Of a stretch of DNA of 64,000 bases, positions 1 through 11,615 are shown piece after piece. Below the pieces are notes generated by a model. It was not told where the DNA came from. It saw nothing but the letters and a program-made list of their open reading frames with translations, and did no database searches. The DNA comes from Klebsiella pneumoniae (GTDB taxonomy: Bacteria; Pseudomonadota; Gammaproteobacteria; Pseudomonadales; UBA5518). The first letter of the stretch is position 1; each line of letters begins with the position of its first letter. The position numbers and the translations under genes were made by a program. Location of the stretch: positions 1,330 to 65,329 of the forward strand of contig CAMAXE010000027.1 of assembly GCA_945862145.1 (NCBI GenBank), given 5' to 3'.

Positions 1-837
1 GGGTTCGAGCGCTACGGCACGCGCATAGGCGGCGGCACCGCCCGCCGCATCGCCGGCGCGTGACAGCGCATTGCCAAGGCCCGCCCAGGCCTCGGTGCTG
101 GTGTCATCCAGAGCGATGGCGCGGCGGTGGGTGGCGGCTGCATCCGCGAGCTTGACCCGCTCGATCTGCACCGAACCCAGCAACAGCCATGCGGCGAGGT
201 AATCGGGCGCCAGTTGCAGCGCGCGGCGCAACAGCGCCTCGGCATCGCCAAGCTGTTGCTTCTGCCGGCGGTAGATGCCGGCCAGGAAACGCATGGCGTC
301 AACGTTGTCGGGGTTGGCGCGGAGCGCGGTCCGGAAGGCGTCGGCCGCAGCAGTCTCGTCACCATCGCGCAGCAACTCCAGGGCAGCCGCGAGCCCCCCG
401 CGATCTCGATCGAGTTCAAGGAACTCCGCATAGGCGAGGTCTGCGTCGGCACCCCGGCCCAGCGCCACCAGAGCCTTGCCAAGCTTGCGGTTGGCGCTGC
501 CCGAGCGCGGATCGAGGCGGATCGCTGCGCGCAGGCAGCTGACGGCATCCTCAGCCCTGCCGAGCCCCATCATGAGGGAGCCGAGATCCTCGTGAATGCC
601 CGCCACTGCAGGCTCGATATCGAGCGCGAAGCGCAGCGCTGCTTCTGCTTCAGCCTCCCGCTGTTGCGCGTGCAGGCTGTGCGCAAGCAGGCGCAGGTGA
701 GAGGCGCAGCCCGGGTGCAGCAGCAGGAAATCCCGGCACAGGGACTCCGCGCCGGGGGCATCGCCCGCGCGCAGCACCCGCGTGGTCTCGCGGAGCCTCT
801 CGGCACGCCAGGCCTCTTCCCGCTGCGCGTCAATCAC
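1..837 (-). CDS. Tetratricopeptide-repeat protein (N-terminal part; runs off the left edge)
   Basis: Not in the ORF track. Hand translation from GTG at 837 (GGAGG upstream) gives MIDAQREEAWRAERLRETTRVLRAGDAPGAESLCRDFL...AWLLLGSVQIERVKLADAAATHRRAIALDDTSTEAWAGLGNALSRAGDAAGGAAAYARAVALEP, open to base 1, with repeated TPR signatures. Confidence 0.85.
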   Translation of the reverse strand, partial: MIDAQREEAWRAERLRETTRVLRAGDAPGAESLCRDFLLLHPGCASHLRLLAHSLHAQQREAEAEAALRFALDIEPAVAGIHEDLGSLMMGLGRAEDAVSCLRAAIRLDPRSGSANRKLGKALVALGRGADADLAYAEFLELDRDRGGLAAALELLRDGDETAAADAFRTALRANPDNVDAMRFLAGIYRRQKQQLGDAEALLRRALQLAPDYLAAWLLLGSVQIERVKLADAAATHRRAIALDDTSTEAWAGLGNALSRAGDAAGGAAAYARAVALEP

Positions 838-867
838 CGCGGAATACCTCCCCGAATGCCGCTGCGA

Positions 868-2292
868 TCAGGCTCCGTAACCCATGACCGCCTTGATCTC
901 CATATAGTCATGGAAGCCCCACTCACCCCACTCCCGACCGTTACCCGACTGCTTGAAGCCGCCGAAGGGGGCCCGGATATCAGTGCCGGCGCCGTTCAGG
1001 TGCACCATCCCGGTACGCAGGCGAGTCGCCAGTTGGCGAGCCTCCTCCGGCTCACCGGATATGTAGCTCGACAGGCCGTAAGGCGTGTCATTGGCGATCT
1101 CCACGGCTTCATCCAGGCTGCCGTAGGGGAGAATAGACAGCACCGGCCCGAAGATCTCCTCGCGGGCGATGGTCATCTGGTTGTTCACGCCTCCAAAGAC
1201 AGTGGGCTTCACGAAATAGCCTTTGCTGATGCCATCTGGCAGACCCGTGCCGCCAGCCACCAACTGCGCTCCCTCGGCGATGCCCTTTGCGATCAGGCCC
1301 TGAATCTTCCGCCACTGCACATCACTCACCACCGGCCCCACCGTCGTGCCTTCGGCGAATTGGGCACCCACCACCTCAGTGGCTGCCGCGCGTGCGGCGA
1401 CCTCGAGCGCCTCGGCGTGACGGGCAGCCGGCACCAGCATGCGCGTGGGCGCGTTGCAGGACTGTCCGGTGTTGAAAAAGCAGGCGCGCGCGCCCGCGAA
1501 CACCGCATCGGCGAAACCGGGGAAATCGAGAATGATATTGGGCGATTTGCCGCCCAGTTCCTGCGTGACCCGCTTCACGCTGTCGGCGGCCGCCTTCGCG
1601 ATCAGCGCGCCCGCCCGGGTGGAACCGGTGAACGAGACCATGTCGATACCCGGGTGCGCGCTCAACGGCGCGCCTACGCCGGGTCCGTCACCGTTCACGA
1701 GGTTGAAGACGCCAGCCGGCACGCCGGCCTCGTGGAGGATCTCGGCAAACAGATACCCAGACAGCGGCGCGATCTCGCTCGGCTTGAGCACCATGGTGCA
1801 ACCGGTGGCAAGCGCCGGCGCCACCTTGCAGGCGATCTGGTTGATCGGCCAGTTCCACGGGGTGATCAGGGCGCAGACGCCCACGGCTTCGTACACCACG
1901 CGCGTGCGACCACGCTGCTCCTCGAACACAAAGTTCTTCAGCACCTCCACCGCGGTGGCGAGGTGGCCCGTGCCGCAGCCGGCCTGCGAACCCTTGGCAA
2001 GCCACCATGGCGCACCCATCTCGTGGGCAATGGCACGACCGACTTCTTCGCTGCGGCGCATGTAGATCGCCAGCGCCCGCTCGAGGATCGCCAGACGTTC
2101 CTCACGGCTGGTTCTGGACCACGCCGGGAAGGCACGCTGTGCGGCGGCCACGGCGCGGTCGACATCGGCACCCGCGCCCAGCGATATCACACCTACGGCT
2201 TGCTCGGTGGCCGGATCGATCACGTCGAGATCACGCGGCACGGCGGGATCGACCCAGGCGCCATCGATATAGAATTTGCGGTAATCGAACAT
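868..2292 (-). CDS. NAD(P)-dependent aldehyde dehydrogenase
   Basis: ITPWNWP, LKPSE, FTGST, catalytic ELGGKSP and GQSCNAP, EEIFGPV, PFGGFKQSGNGRE motifs. Confidence 0.96.
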   Translation of the reverse strand: MFDYRKFYIDGAWVDPAVPRDLDVIDPATEQAVGVISLGAGADVDRAVAAAQRAFPAWSRTSREERLAILERALAIYMRRSEEVGRAIAHEMGAPWWLAKGSQAGCGTGHLATAVEVLKNFVFEEQRGRTRVVYEAVGVCALITPWNWPINQIACKVAPALATGCTMVLKPSEIAPLSGYLFAEILHEAGVPAGVFNLVNGDGPGVGAPLSAHPGIDMVSFTGSTRAGALIAKAAADSVKRVTQELGGKSPNIILDFPGFADAVFAGARACFFNTGQSCNAPTRMLVPAARHAEALEVAARAAATEVVGAQFAEGTTVGPVVSDVQWRKIQGLIAKGIAEGAQLVAGGTGLPDGISKGYFVKPTVFGGVNNQMTIAREEIFGPVLSILPYGSLDEAVEIANDTPYGLSSYISGEPEEARQLATRLRTGMVHLNGAGTDIRAPFGGFKQSGNGREWGEWGFHDYMEIKAVMGYGA

Positions 2293-2608
2293 GGAGAACC
2301 TCCGTTTGCTGTGACCCGTTCGGCGGGAAGGACGCGAAGACGAGAGTGTGCCCCGACCGAGGCGCCCGAGGCCATACCCCCGGCGGGGGTGTGATCTGCA
2401 TCGGACGTGATCTGCCGCAGGACGCGAGGGGCTACCGCGGGTTCAAATGCCACTCTGTTAGGCTGTTAACCTGTGCCTGCAACTGGCCCGGAATGAGATA
2501 CGTTTATGAGCTAGACCGTTCGCGTGTGGGATCTGGTGGTGCGCTGCAACGCGGCGGTGACCTCACAGGCCGGGCGCGACTGAACACGCAGGCAAAAAAA
2601 CAACACCC

Positions 2609-3853
2609 ATGAGTACAACACTAAGAATTCTGTTCGCGCTGCTGCTGGGGATTGCAGCAGGCGCCCTGCTGCGGAGCGTGGGCGGCGATATGCTCCCTAT
2701 TGCGCAGGGAATTGCCGATCCGCTCGGCGGACTGTGGCTGAGCGCGCTGCGCATGGGCATCGTACCGCTTGTCTTTGCGCTGGTGGTCACGGGCATCGCC
2801 GCGGCCTCGGATACCGCCAGCACCGGAGGCCTCGCAGCCCGCGCGCTGGGGCTGATGGTGGCGCTGCTGACGGCCTCGGCCGCGCTGGCCGCGCTGCTCT
2901 TCCCGCTGATACTCGAGGCCTGGCCGGTTACAGCAAGCGCGGCTGCTGCCCTGCGCAGTGTGAGCGCCGGCGAAGTGCCAGTGGCGAGCGCAGTAGCGCA
3001 GTGGTGGCAGGGCATCGTGCCGGTGAATCCGGTGCAGGCCGCCGCCGAGGGCGCGATGCTGCCGCTGGTGGTGTTCGCGGTGGCGTTCGGGTTTGCCGTC
3101 ACGCGCATCGAACCCGAGGCCCGCGCGCGACTGGTGGGCTTCTTTCAGGCGATGGCAGACGCATTGCTCGTGATCGTGCACTGGGTGCTGCGCATCGCAC
3201 CGATCGGCGTATTCGCGCTTGCCTTCCTGCTCGGCTCGCGCACCGGACTGGAGGCAGCAGGAGCCCTGCTGCACTACATCCTGATGCTGCTACTGCTGAT
3301 GGCTGCGATGGGGCTGCTGGTGTACCCGGGAGCGATGCTCGGCGCCCGCGTGTCGCTGGCGCGCTTCGCACGCGCAGCGCTGCCGGCACAGGTGGTGGCG
3401 GCGAGCACGCAGTCCTCGCTTGCCTCGCTACCGGCGATGGTGCAGGGCTGCCGTGAGGGGCTGGGCGTCTCGGCGTCGGTAACCAGCCTGGTGCTGCCGC
3501 TCGCAGTGTCGGTGTTCCGGCTCTCGAGCCCCGGCGTGAACCTGGCGGTGGCGCTCTACGGCGCGCACCTGTACGGGGTGGAACCCACGCTGCTGCAACT
3601 GGCCACCGCGATCACGGTGGCGGTGCTGACCAGCATGGCTTCGGTGAGCCTGCCGGGACAGCTCACCTTCTACACCACGGCCACGCCGATCTGGCTGGTG
3701 CTAGGCCTGCCGCTTGACCTGCTGCCGCTGCTGCTCGCCGTGGAGAATATCCCGGACATCGCGCGCACCGTGGTGAATGTGACGGGGGATGTTGCGGTTA
3801 CGGCGACGGTGGGGCGGTGGGCGGGGGATGAGAGCCGCAGCGAGGTTGCTTGA
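2609..3853 (+). CDS. Dicarboxylate/amino acid:cation symporter (DAACS/GltP family)
   Basis: Highly hydrophobic 414 aa; motifs LRMGIVPLVF, IVPVNPV, STQSSLASLP, DIARTVVNVTGD. Confidence 0.92.
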   Translation: MSTTLRILFALLLGIAAGALLRSVGGDMLPIAQGIADPLGGLWLSALRMGIVPLVFALVVTGIAAASDTASTGGLAARALGLMVALLTASAALAALLFPLILEAWPVTASAAAALRSVSAGEVPVASAVAQWWQGIVPVNPVQAAAEGAMLPLVVFAVAFGFAVTRIEPEARARLVGFFQAMADALLVIVHWVLRIAPIGVFALAFLLGSRTGLEAAGALLHYILMLLLLMAAMGLLVYPGAMLGARVSLARFARAALPAQVVAASTQSSLASLPAMVQGCREGLGVSASVTSLVLPLAVSVFRLSSPGVNLAVALYGAHLYGVEPTLLQLATAITVAVLTSMASVSLPGQLTFYTTATPIWLVLGLPLDLLPLLLAVENIPDIARTVVNVTGDVAVTATVGRWAGDESRSEVA

Positions 3854-3884
3854 CGACCTTGGTGACACCCATCACTCTCTGCCT

Positions 3885-4079
3885 ATGGATACCAAACCCC
3901 CCGGTCGAAAACCCAGCAAGAGCGCACCCTTCTCCCCTCGTCGGGGTCCCGACTCGGCAAGAGAGCGAATCCTGCTCGCGCTCGAACTGGGCCGCCGCGG
4001 ACAAATGCTCCGCAAACTCGGCGCAGAAGCGCTGGCACGCAGCAATGTCGACGAGCAACCCGGCGACGGCGCGCCCTGA
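3885..4079 (+). CDS. Small hypothetical protein (64 aa)
   Basis: ATG at 3885 to TGA 4079 fills the gap between two convergent genes: MDTKPPGRKPSKSAPFSPRRGPDSARERILLALELGRRGQMLRKLGAEALARS...; no clear RBS. Confidence 0.4.
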   Translation: MDTKPPGRKPSKSAPFSPRRGPDSARERILLALELGRRGQMLRKLGAEALARSNVDEQPGDGAP

Positions 4080-5855
4080 TCAGCCAAACATCCCCTCCTC
4101 CATCGCCATGACCGTCGCCGCCGGCGTCATCGCGACCGCCGCGTGCATGCCCGCCCGCGGCAGGATCTGCTCGCCGTAGAAGCGCGCTGTCACGAGCTTC
4201 GACTGCAGGAAGGCGGCATTGCCCTCGCCCGCAGCAAGTTTGCGCTGCGCGGCCAGCGCCGCCACACCCATCTGCCAGCCGCCAGCCACGGTGCCGGCCA
4301 GCATCATGAAGTGATAAGCGGAGGCGTTGGCCGTGCGGCCCTCGGCATCAGCATTGGCGCGCACCCAGGCGCCCGCCTTCTCGAGCGTGTCGATGGCGGC
4401 GCTCAGCGCGCGTGCGAGCGGCGCCTGTGTTGCGGAGAGCGCGTCTGCCACGCCACGCATTTCATCGATCAGTTCGGCCATCGCCTCGCCCCCGTCACGC
4501 AGGAACTTGCGCCCGATGAGGTCGATCGCCTGGATGCCGTTGGTGCCCTCGTAGATCGGCAGGATGCGCGCATCGCGCATGTACTGCGCAGCGCCGGTTT
4601 CCTCGATGAAGCCCATGCCGCCGTGCACCTGCACGCCGATGGAGGTGATCTCCATGGAGTTCTCGGTGCACCAGCCCTTGACGATCGGCGTGAGCAGCGC
4701 AAGACGCGCCTCGTGGAAGGCGTTGCTGCCCTCGTCGGTGGCATTGTGGGTGCGATCGTAGCCGCCCATGGCCAGATAGGTGAGCGCGCGACCGGCCTCG
4801 GTGAGCGCTTTCATGGTGAGCAGCATGCGCCGCACATCGGGGTGGTTGATGATCGTCACCCGTGCCGCCGAACCGCCGGCCGCACCCTGGACGCGCTCGC
4901 GTGCGTAGTGCGCGGCGTGCTGCAGCGCACGCTCCGAGACCGCCACGCCCTGCAGGCCCACCGAGAGCCGCGCGTGATTCATCATGGTGAACATGCAGGC
5001 AAGGCCGTTGTTCTCGCGACCGACCAGCCAGCCGGTGGCACCGCCGTTCTCGCCGAAACTCATCACGCAGGTGGGGCTCGCGTTGATGCCGAGCTTGTGC
5101 TCGACCGAGACGGGGTACAGGTCGTTGCGTGCGCCAATGCTGCCATCCGCATTCACCAGGTACTTGGGCACCAGGAAGAGCGAAATGCCCTTCACACCGG
5201 GCGGTGCGTCAGGGAGTCGGGCGAGCACCAGGTGGATGACGTTGTCGGTCATCGCGTGATCGCCCCAGGTGATGTAGATCTTGGTGCCGAAAACGCGGTA
5301 GGCCTCACCATCACGCTCGGCGCGTGCGGTCACCACCGAGAGATCGGAGCCGGCCTGCGGCTCGGTGAGATTCATGGTGCCGGTCCACTCGCCCGAGATG
5401 AGCTTCGGCAGGTAGGTGTCCTTCAGCGCGTCGCTGGCGTGCGCAAGGATGGCGTCGATCGAGCCCTGCGTAAGCAGCGGGCAGAGGCTGAGCGAAAGGT
5501 TGGCCGACTGCACCATCTCCTGCACCGCGGTGGCCAACGTCACCGGCAGGGCCTGCCCCCCGTACTGCGCGGGAAACGGCACGCTGTTCCAGCCACCCTC
5601 GACGTACTGCCAGTAGGCCTCCTTGAAGCCGTCGGCCTGCTGCACCTGCCGCTCATGCACGCGCGTGCCTTGGCGATCGCCGGGCCAGTTGAGCGGTGCC
5701 ATGGCCTCGGCAGTGAGGCTGGCCGCGCCCTCGAGGATGGCCTGCACCAGATCGGGAGTGGCCTCGTCAAAGCCCAACGCGACCAGCTCCGCCATGCGGG
5801 CGTGCTCCTCGAGCACGAAAGCAATCTCGTTGACGGGGGGTGTGTAGTCGCTCAT
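4080..5855 (-). CDS. Acyl-CoA dehydrogenase (DmdC/FadE5-like, ~590 aa class)
   Basis: WTGTMNLTEPQAGSDL, GTKIYITWGDH, HKLGINASPT, VQVHGGMGFIEE, IYEGTNGIQA. Confidence 0.93.
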   Translation of the reverse strand: MSDYTPPVNEIAFVLEEHARMAELVALGFDEATPDLVQAILEGAASLTAEAMAPLNWPGDRQGTRVHERQVQQADGFKEAYWQYVEGGWNSVPFPAQYGGQALPVTLATAVQEMVQSANLSLSLCPLLTQGSIDAILAHASDALKDTYLPKLISGEWTGTMNLTEPQAGSDLSVVTARAERDGEAYRVFGTKIYITWGDHAMTDNVIHLVLARLPDAPPGVKGISLFLVPKYLVNADGSIGARNDLYPVSVEHKLGINASPTCVMSFGENGGATGWLVGRENNGLACMFTMMNHARLSVGLQGVAVSERALQHAAHYARERVQGAAGGSAARVTIINHPDVRRMLLTMKALTEAGRALTYLAMGGYDRTHNATDEGSNAFHEARLALLTPIVKGWCTENSMEITSIGVQVHGGMGFIEETGAAQYMRDARILPIYEGTNGIQAIDLIGRKFLRDGGEAMAELIDEMRGVADALSATQAPLARALSAAIDTLEKAGAWVRANADAEGRTANASAYHFMMLAGTVAGGWQMGVAALAAQRKLAAGEGNAAFLQSKLVTARFYGEQILPRAGMHAAVAMTPAATVMAMEEGMFG

Positions 5856-5915
5856 GCCTCTACTCCTGCAAGGGCTCGGTGATCATGTGTCGGGGGGCGC
5901 GCGGTACGCGCGGAC

Positions 5916-7547
<1,632 letters not shown>

Positions 7548-7732
7548 CGGAGTCTCTCAGCGGCGGGGCACCGCAGGGCGATTGAGTTGTGGTGCGGAAT
7601 GCGTTGGCAGTGTAGCTGGAGGCACGCCGGATTTCAGCAAACTACCCGGGTCCGGCGGCATTTCAGCCGCGTATACTGGGCCTGACCCGGCACGCTGCGC
7701 CGGCCTCCCGCAACCACCGCCGGGCTGCATCC

Positions 7733-8323
7733 ATGACTGCCGACGACCCCAACACCGGCGACTTCCGCGACCTGCTGGGCGAGGACGTGATCCCCCTGAC
7801 AGGCGACACGCCGCTGCTGCTGAAGCGGCTGCCCGAGCTTACGCCCGGAACGCTTGAGCGCCGGCGCGCCGCCCAGGCGCTGCTCCAGCGCGACCCCAAC
7901 TTCCTCAGCACGAACGACATCCCCTTGCTCGATCCGCATGCGGAACTGAGCTTCCTGCGCCCGGGAGTCCAGTACGGCGTATTCAAGCGCCTGCGCCACG
8001 GCGAGTACCGTGTGGACACGCGTCTCGACCTGCACGGCCTTACCGTGGAGCAGGCGCTGCTCGGCGTCTTCCAACTGGTGCGCGACTGCCTGAAGCACGA
8101 CCTCCGGGTCTGCCTCGTGAGCCACGGCCGGGGAGTGGGGCGCAAGACGCCAGCGCTGCTGAAGAGCTGCGTCGCCTTCTGGCTGCCCCAGCTGCCCGAG
8201 GTGCTCGCCATGCACTCCGCACCGCAACACCTCGGAGGCACCGGCGCGACCGTGGTACTGTTGCGCAAAAGCGAGCGGGCACGGCAGGAGAACTTCGAGA
8301 AGTTCAGCCGCCGACCCGGCTGA
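7733..8323 (+). CDS. smrA: Smr-domain protein (SmrA/YdaL-like endonuclease)
   Basis: LDLHG, HGRG and HLGGTGAT motifs; RPGVQYGVFKRLRHG segment typical of SmrA. Confidence 0.88.
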   Translation: MTADDPNTGDFRDLLGEDVIPLTGDTPLLLKRLPELTPGTLERRRAAQALLQRDPNFLSTNDIPLLDPHAELSFLRPGVQYGVFKRLRHGEYRVDTRLDLHGLTVEQALLGVFQLVRDCLKHDLRVCLVSHGRGVGRKTPALLKSCVAFWLPQLPEVLAMHSAPQHLGGTGATVVLLRKSERARQENFEKFSRRPG

Positions 8324-8351
8324 GGCCGCCATCCAAGAGCCGGGACAGCCC

Positions 8352-9446
8352 ATGTCTGACACCGAACGTCCGCTGCGGATCGCCACTGAGGTCACCATCC
8401 GGCTCGGGTCGTTGGCTCTGCTGATCGGCTGGTGCGGGGTGATCCTGTTTCCTTTCCTGCTCCCCCTCGCGTGGGGCGTGATCCTCGCCATCGCGCTCCA
8501 CGGGCCCTGCCAGCTCCTGAGCGAGCGGCTCGGCAACCGTCCGGCTCTGGCGGCTACCGTGGTGGTACTGGCGATGCTCGGCATGATCATCGTGCCGGCC
8601 GTACTGCTCGGTAATTCGCTCGTTGCCGAGACACAGTTGTTGGTCGATTCATGGCAGCAGGGCAGGCTCGCCGTGCCGGAGCCTCCGGCACGGGTGGCGG
8701 AGTGGCCCGTGGTGGGCAAGAGCGTGCATGCCTTCTGGCTGCTCGCCTCGCACAACCTCGATGCCGCGCTCGCCAAGTTCCAGCCCTACATCAAGGACGT
8801 CGTGGGCTGGCTGGTAGCCGGCGCCGCCAGGATAGGCATGGCGCTGCTCGAATTCGTGCTCGCGATCCTGATCGGCGGCGCGCTGCTCGCCACGGCGGGT
8901 CGCTCCGGGGCGGGTGCGCTGGCCTTTGCGGGGCGCATCGGCGGCAGCCGCGGTCATTACCTCGCGGAACTTGCGCTGGCCACGATCCGGGGCGTCACGC
9001 GCGGGATCCTCGGGGTGGCACTGATCCAGTCGCTGATGGCGGGGCTTGGCCTGCTCGTGGCCGGCGTGCCCGCGGCAGGCCTGCTGACGGTGCTGATGCT
9101 GGTGATGTGCGTGGTGCAGATCGGAGTGGCTCTGGTGATGATCCCCACCGCCGTCTGGCTCTTCGCCAATGCCGACATGAGCACGGCGGTGCTGTTCAGT
9201 GTCTGGACCGTCGTGCTGCTGCCTCTGGACAACGTGCTCAAACCACTCCTGATGGGGCGTGGACTGGACGTACCCATCCTGGTGATCTTCCTCGGTGCGA
9301 TCGGCGGCTTTCTCAGCCAGGGCATCATCGGGCTCTTCGTGGGGGCGGTGGTGCTGGTGCTGGGTTACGAACTCTTCGTGCAGTGGCTGCGCGAGGACAA
9401 GCTCGCGGATCAGACGGCCCCTGCCGGCAGCCAGGCCATCCTGTAA
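8352..9446 (+). CDS. AI-2E family transporter (YdiK-like)
   Basis: Multi-TM protein with DNVLKPLLMGRGLDVP...GAIGG...GIIGLFVGAVVL C-terminal signature. Confidence 0.9.
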   Translation: MSDTERPLRIATEVTIRLGSLALLIGWCGVILFPFLLPLAWGVILAIALHGPCQLLSERLGNRPALAATVVVLAMLGMIIVPAVLLGNSLVAETQLLVDSWQQGRLAVPEPPARVAEWPVVGKSVHAFWLLASHNLDAALAKFQPYIKDVVGWLVAGAARIGMALLEFVLAILIGGALLATAGRSGAGALAFAGRIGGSRGHYLAELALATIRGVTRGILGVALIQSLMAGLGLLVAGVPAAGLLTVLMLVMCVVQIGVALVMIPTAVWLFANADMSTAVLFSVWTVVLLPLDNVLKPLLMGRGLDVPILVIFLGAIGGFLSQGIIGLFVGAVVLVLGYELFVQWLREDKLADQTAPAGSQAIL

Positions 9447-9540
9447 GAAGGGGTTGTAAGACAGGAGCCAAGCCCGGCAAAAGCCACGGCACCGCCAGAA
9501 CCCGCCACGTCCATCACCGGATGCACCGCCAGAGACCGCC

Positions 9541-10761
9541 ATGACAGACGACATAACCGCCCTGTACTCCAGCGCCGCCCGAAGCGGACCGCCGCTCTTT
9601 TTCCCCGACCCCGCGGTGCCGGTCAGTTTCAATTTCGACCAGGGACTGGCAGCCCCCGAGACCTTCCCGCAACAGCAGCTCCTGCGGCTCGCGCAGAAGA
9701 TCCTCGAGCGCGACGGCGCCGAGGCGCTGGAATACTTCGACGCCGCAACCGGCTACGAAGAGCTGGTGTTCGGGTACAAGGGCCTGCGTACGCAACTCGC
9801 CGCCCGCTATCTCGAGACCGAGGGTCGCACCCTAGATCCACGCGGCATCATCCTTACTTCGGGATCGGTACAGGCCATTGCGCTGGCCGTGAACGGCTAC
9901 GTGGATCGCGGCGATGTGGTGATCGTCGAGGCGGCGTCGTTTCCGTATGCCCTGCGCTTCATGGAGATGGCCGGCGCCGACGTGCGCAGCGTGCCAGTGG
10001 ATGCCGACGGACTGGACACCGACGCGCTGGAGCAGTTGCTGATCGCCCTTGCTGGCGAGGGACGGCGCGTCAAGATGGTCTACACCATCGCCACCTTCCA
10101 GTTGCCCACGGGGGTGGAACTCTCACTGCCGCGCCGGCACCGGCTGCTCGAACTCGCCGAGCGCTTCAATTTCATGATTCTCGAGGACAACGTCTACGGC
10201 GAACTCCGTTTTGCCGGCGAGCCGCTGCCCTCCTTGCTCGGTCTCGACACCAGCGGCCGCGTGATGCAATGCAACGCCTTCAGCAAGACCGTGGCGCCGG
10301 GGCTTCGCCTGGGCTGGATGGCCGGCAGCACACAAGGCATCGGCGCACTGGCTGGCGTGCGGCAGGATCTGGGCGTCAGTCAGTGGCTGTCACGCCTCAT
10401 GGCCGAGTTTCTCGCCGAGGGACTCTTCGGGCCTCACGTAGCGCGCGCCGCGGAGGTCTACGGTCGCAAGTGCCACGCCGCAGCCAGCGCCGTGCGCGAG
10501 CACTGCGGTGATTACGTGCGGTTCCGCGAGCCGAACGGCTCGTTCTATCTGTGGCTCGAGATCGACGAGCGGGTTGACTGGCAGCGCGTGGCGGAACTCG
10601 CGGGCAAGCAGGGCCTTTTTTTCCGTCCGGGCGAACGGTTCATGGGCGAGAGCGACGGACGGCAATACCTGCGACTTGCCTACAGCCACGTGAGCGAAGC
10701 GGTGATCACGACGGGTATCGCCCGGCTGGGCGCGATACTCCACGAATGCGCGAGGCGCTGA
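9541..10761 (+). CDS. PLP-dependent aminotransferase class I/II (LysN/MocR-like, no HTH)
   Basis: TSGSVQA, FQLPTG, EDNVYGEL, SKTVAPGLRLGW (PLP lysine), LRLAYS. Confidence 0.9.
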   Translation: MTDDITALYSSAARSGPPLFFPDPAVPVSFNFDQGLAAPETFPQQQLLRLAQKILERDGAEALEYFDAATGYEELVFGYKGLRTQLAARYLETEGRTLDPRGIILTSGSVQAIALAVNGYVDRGDVVIVEAASFPYALRFMEMAGADVRSVPVDADGLDTDALEQLLIALAGEGRRVKMVYTIATFQLPTGVELSLPRRHRLLELAERFNFMILEDNVYGELRFAGEPLPSLLGLDTSGRVMQCNAFSKTVAPGLRLGWMAGSTQGIGALAGVRQDLGVSQWLSRLMAEFLAEGLFGPHVARAAEVYGRKCHAAASAVREHCGDYVRFREPNGSFYLWLEIDERVDWQRVAELAGKQGLFFRPGERFMGESDGRQYLRLAYSHVSEAVITTGIARLGAILHECARR

Positions 10762-10766
10762 ACAGC

Positions 10767-11615
10767 ATGGTCACCGCAGTTAGCTGTTTTTCGCGCGGCT
10801 ACGCCTTCCCCGAAGGACCACGGTGGCATGGAGGCTCACTGTGGTTTTCGGACCAACACGATGGCCTGGTGCGCCGACTGGGCCCGGCGGGCGAGGTGCT
10901 CGAGGAATTTCGCGTACCCGGCGACCCCTCTGGACTCGGCTGGATGCCCAACGGCGACTTGCTGGTGGTGTCGATGCACGAGCGCCAGGTCTATCGTCGA
11001 CACGAGGGTGCACTGCAGGTATGGGCGGATCTGCGCGCGCTTCACCCGGGGCCCAGCAACGACATGGTGGTGGATGCCGAGGGGCGGGCCTATGTGGGCA
11101 ACATCGGCTTTGATTTCGTTAATGGCGAGACCCCTTGCACCACGGCGGTGGCACTGGTGCAGGCGGACGGCAGCGTTGAGCTCGCCTGTGACGGTCTCTT
11201 GTGCCCCAACGGCAGCGTCATCTCAGCCGATGGCCGCACCCTGATCATCGCCGAATCGCTGGCCTTCCGGCTGCACGCCTGGACCCGCGACGCCGACGGG
11301 CGACTTGGCAACCACCGCGTGTTCGCGGAATTCACCGACGGCTCCATACCCGATGGTATCTGCCTCGACGCAGAAGGCTGCGTGTGGGTGGCAACCGCAG
11401 GCCCGAGTGTGCTGCGCGTGCGCGAGGGCGGCGAGATCCTCGAGCGTATCGACATCGAGAACGGCAAGGCCTATGCCTGCATGCTCGGTGGCGCGGATCG
11501 TCGTGACCTCTTCATATGCGTGGCGCCCGACCACCAGCATGCCGTCACGCTGCGGGCGCGCGGCGGGCGCATCGATCTGGCGCGCGTGCGCGTGCCAGGC
11601 AGCGGACTGCCCTGA
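10767..11615 (+). CDS. SMP-30/gluconolactonase family protein
   Basis: FPEGPRWH, PSGLGW, NDMVVD..GRAYVGN, PNGSVI, PDGICLDAEG; ends VPGSGLP. Start placed at ATG 10767. Confidence 0.92.
   Translation: MVTAVSCFSRGYAFPEGPRWHGGSLWFSDQHDGLVRRLGPAGEVLEEFRVPGDPSGLGWMPNGDLLVVSMHERQVYRRHEGALQVWADLRALHPGPSNDMVVDAEGRAYVGNIGFDFVNGETPCTTAVALVQADGSVELACDGLLCPNGSVISADGRTLIIAESLAFRLHAWTRDADGRLGNHRVFAEFTDGSIPDGICLDAEGCVWVATAGPSVLRVREGGEILERIDIENGKAYACMLGGADRRDLFICVAPDHQHAVTLRARGGRIDLARVRVPGSGLP

Noticed and set aside
12-833. Track ORFs 12..548 and 570..833 (minus) suggesting a split gene
   Set aside because: Wrong frame; the real TPR frame is open from 837 to the window edge.
127-2394. 755-aa plus-strand ORF
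   Set aside because: Antisense shadow of the ALDH and TPR genes, typical of high-GC codon bias; no motifs.
4143-5882. 579-aa plus-strand ORF
   Set aside because: Antisense to the acyl-CoA dehydrogenase; no independent coding signal.
11613-11615. TGA as a selenocysteine codon
   Set aside because: It falls at the normal SMP-30 C-terminus, not at a catalytic Cys position, and I recognise no SECIS-like hairpin; a deletion scar is simpler.
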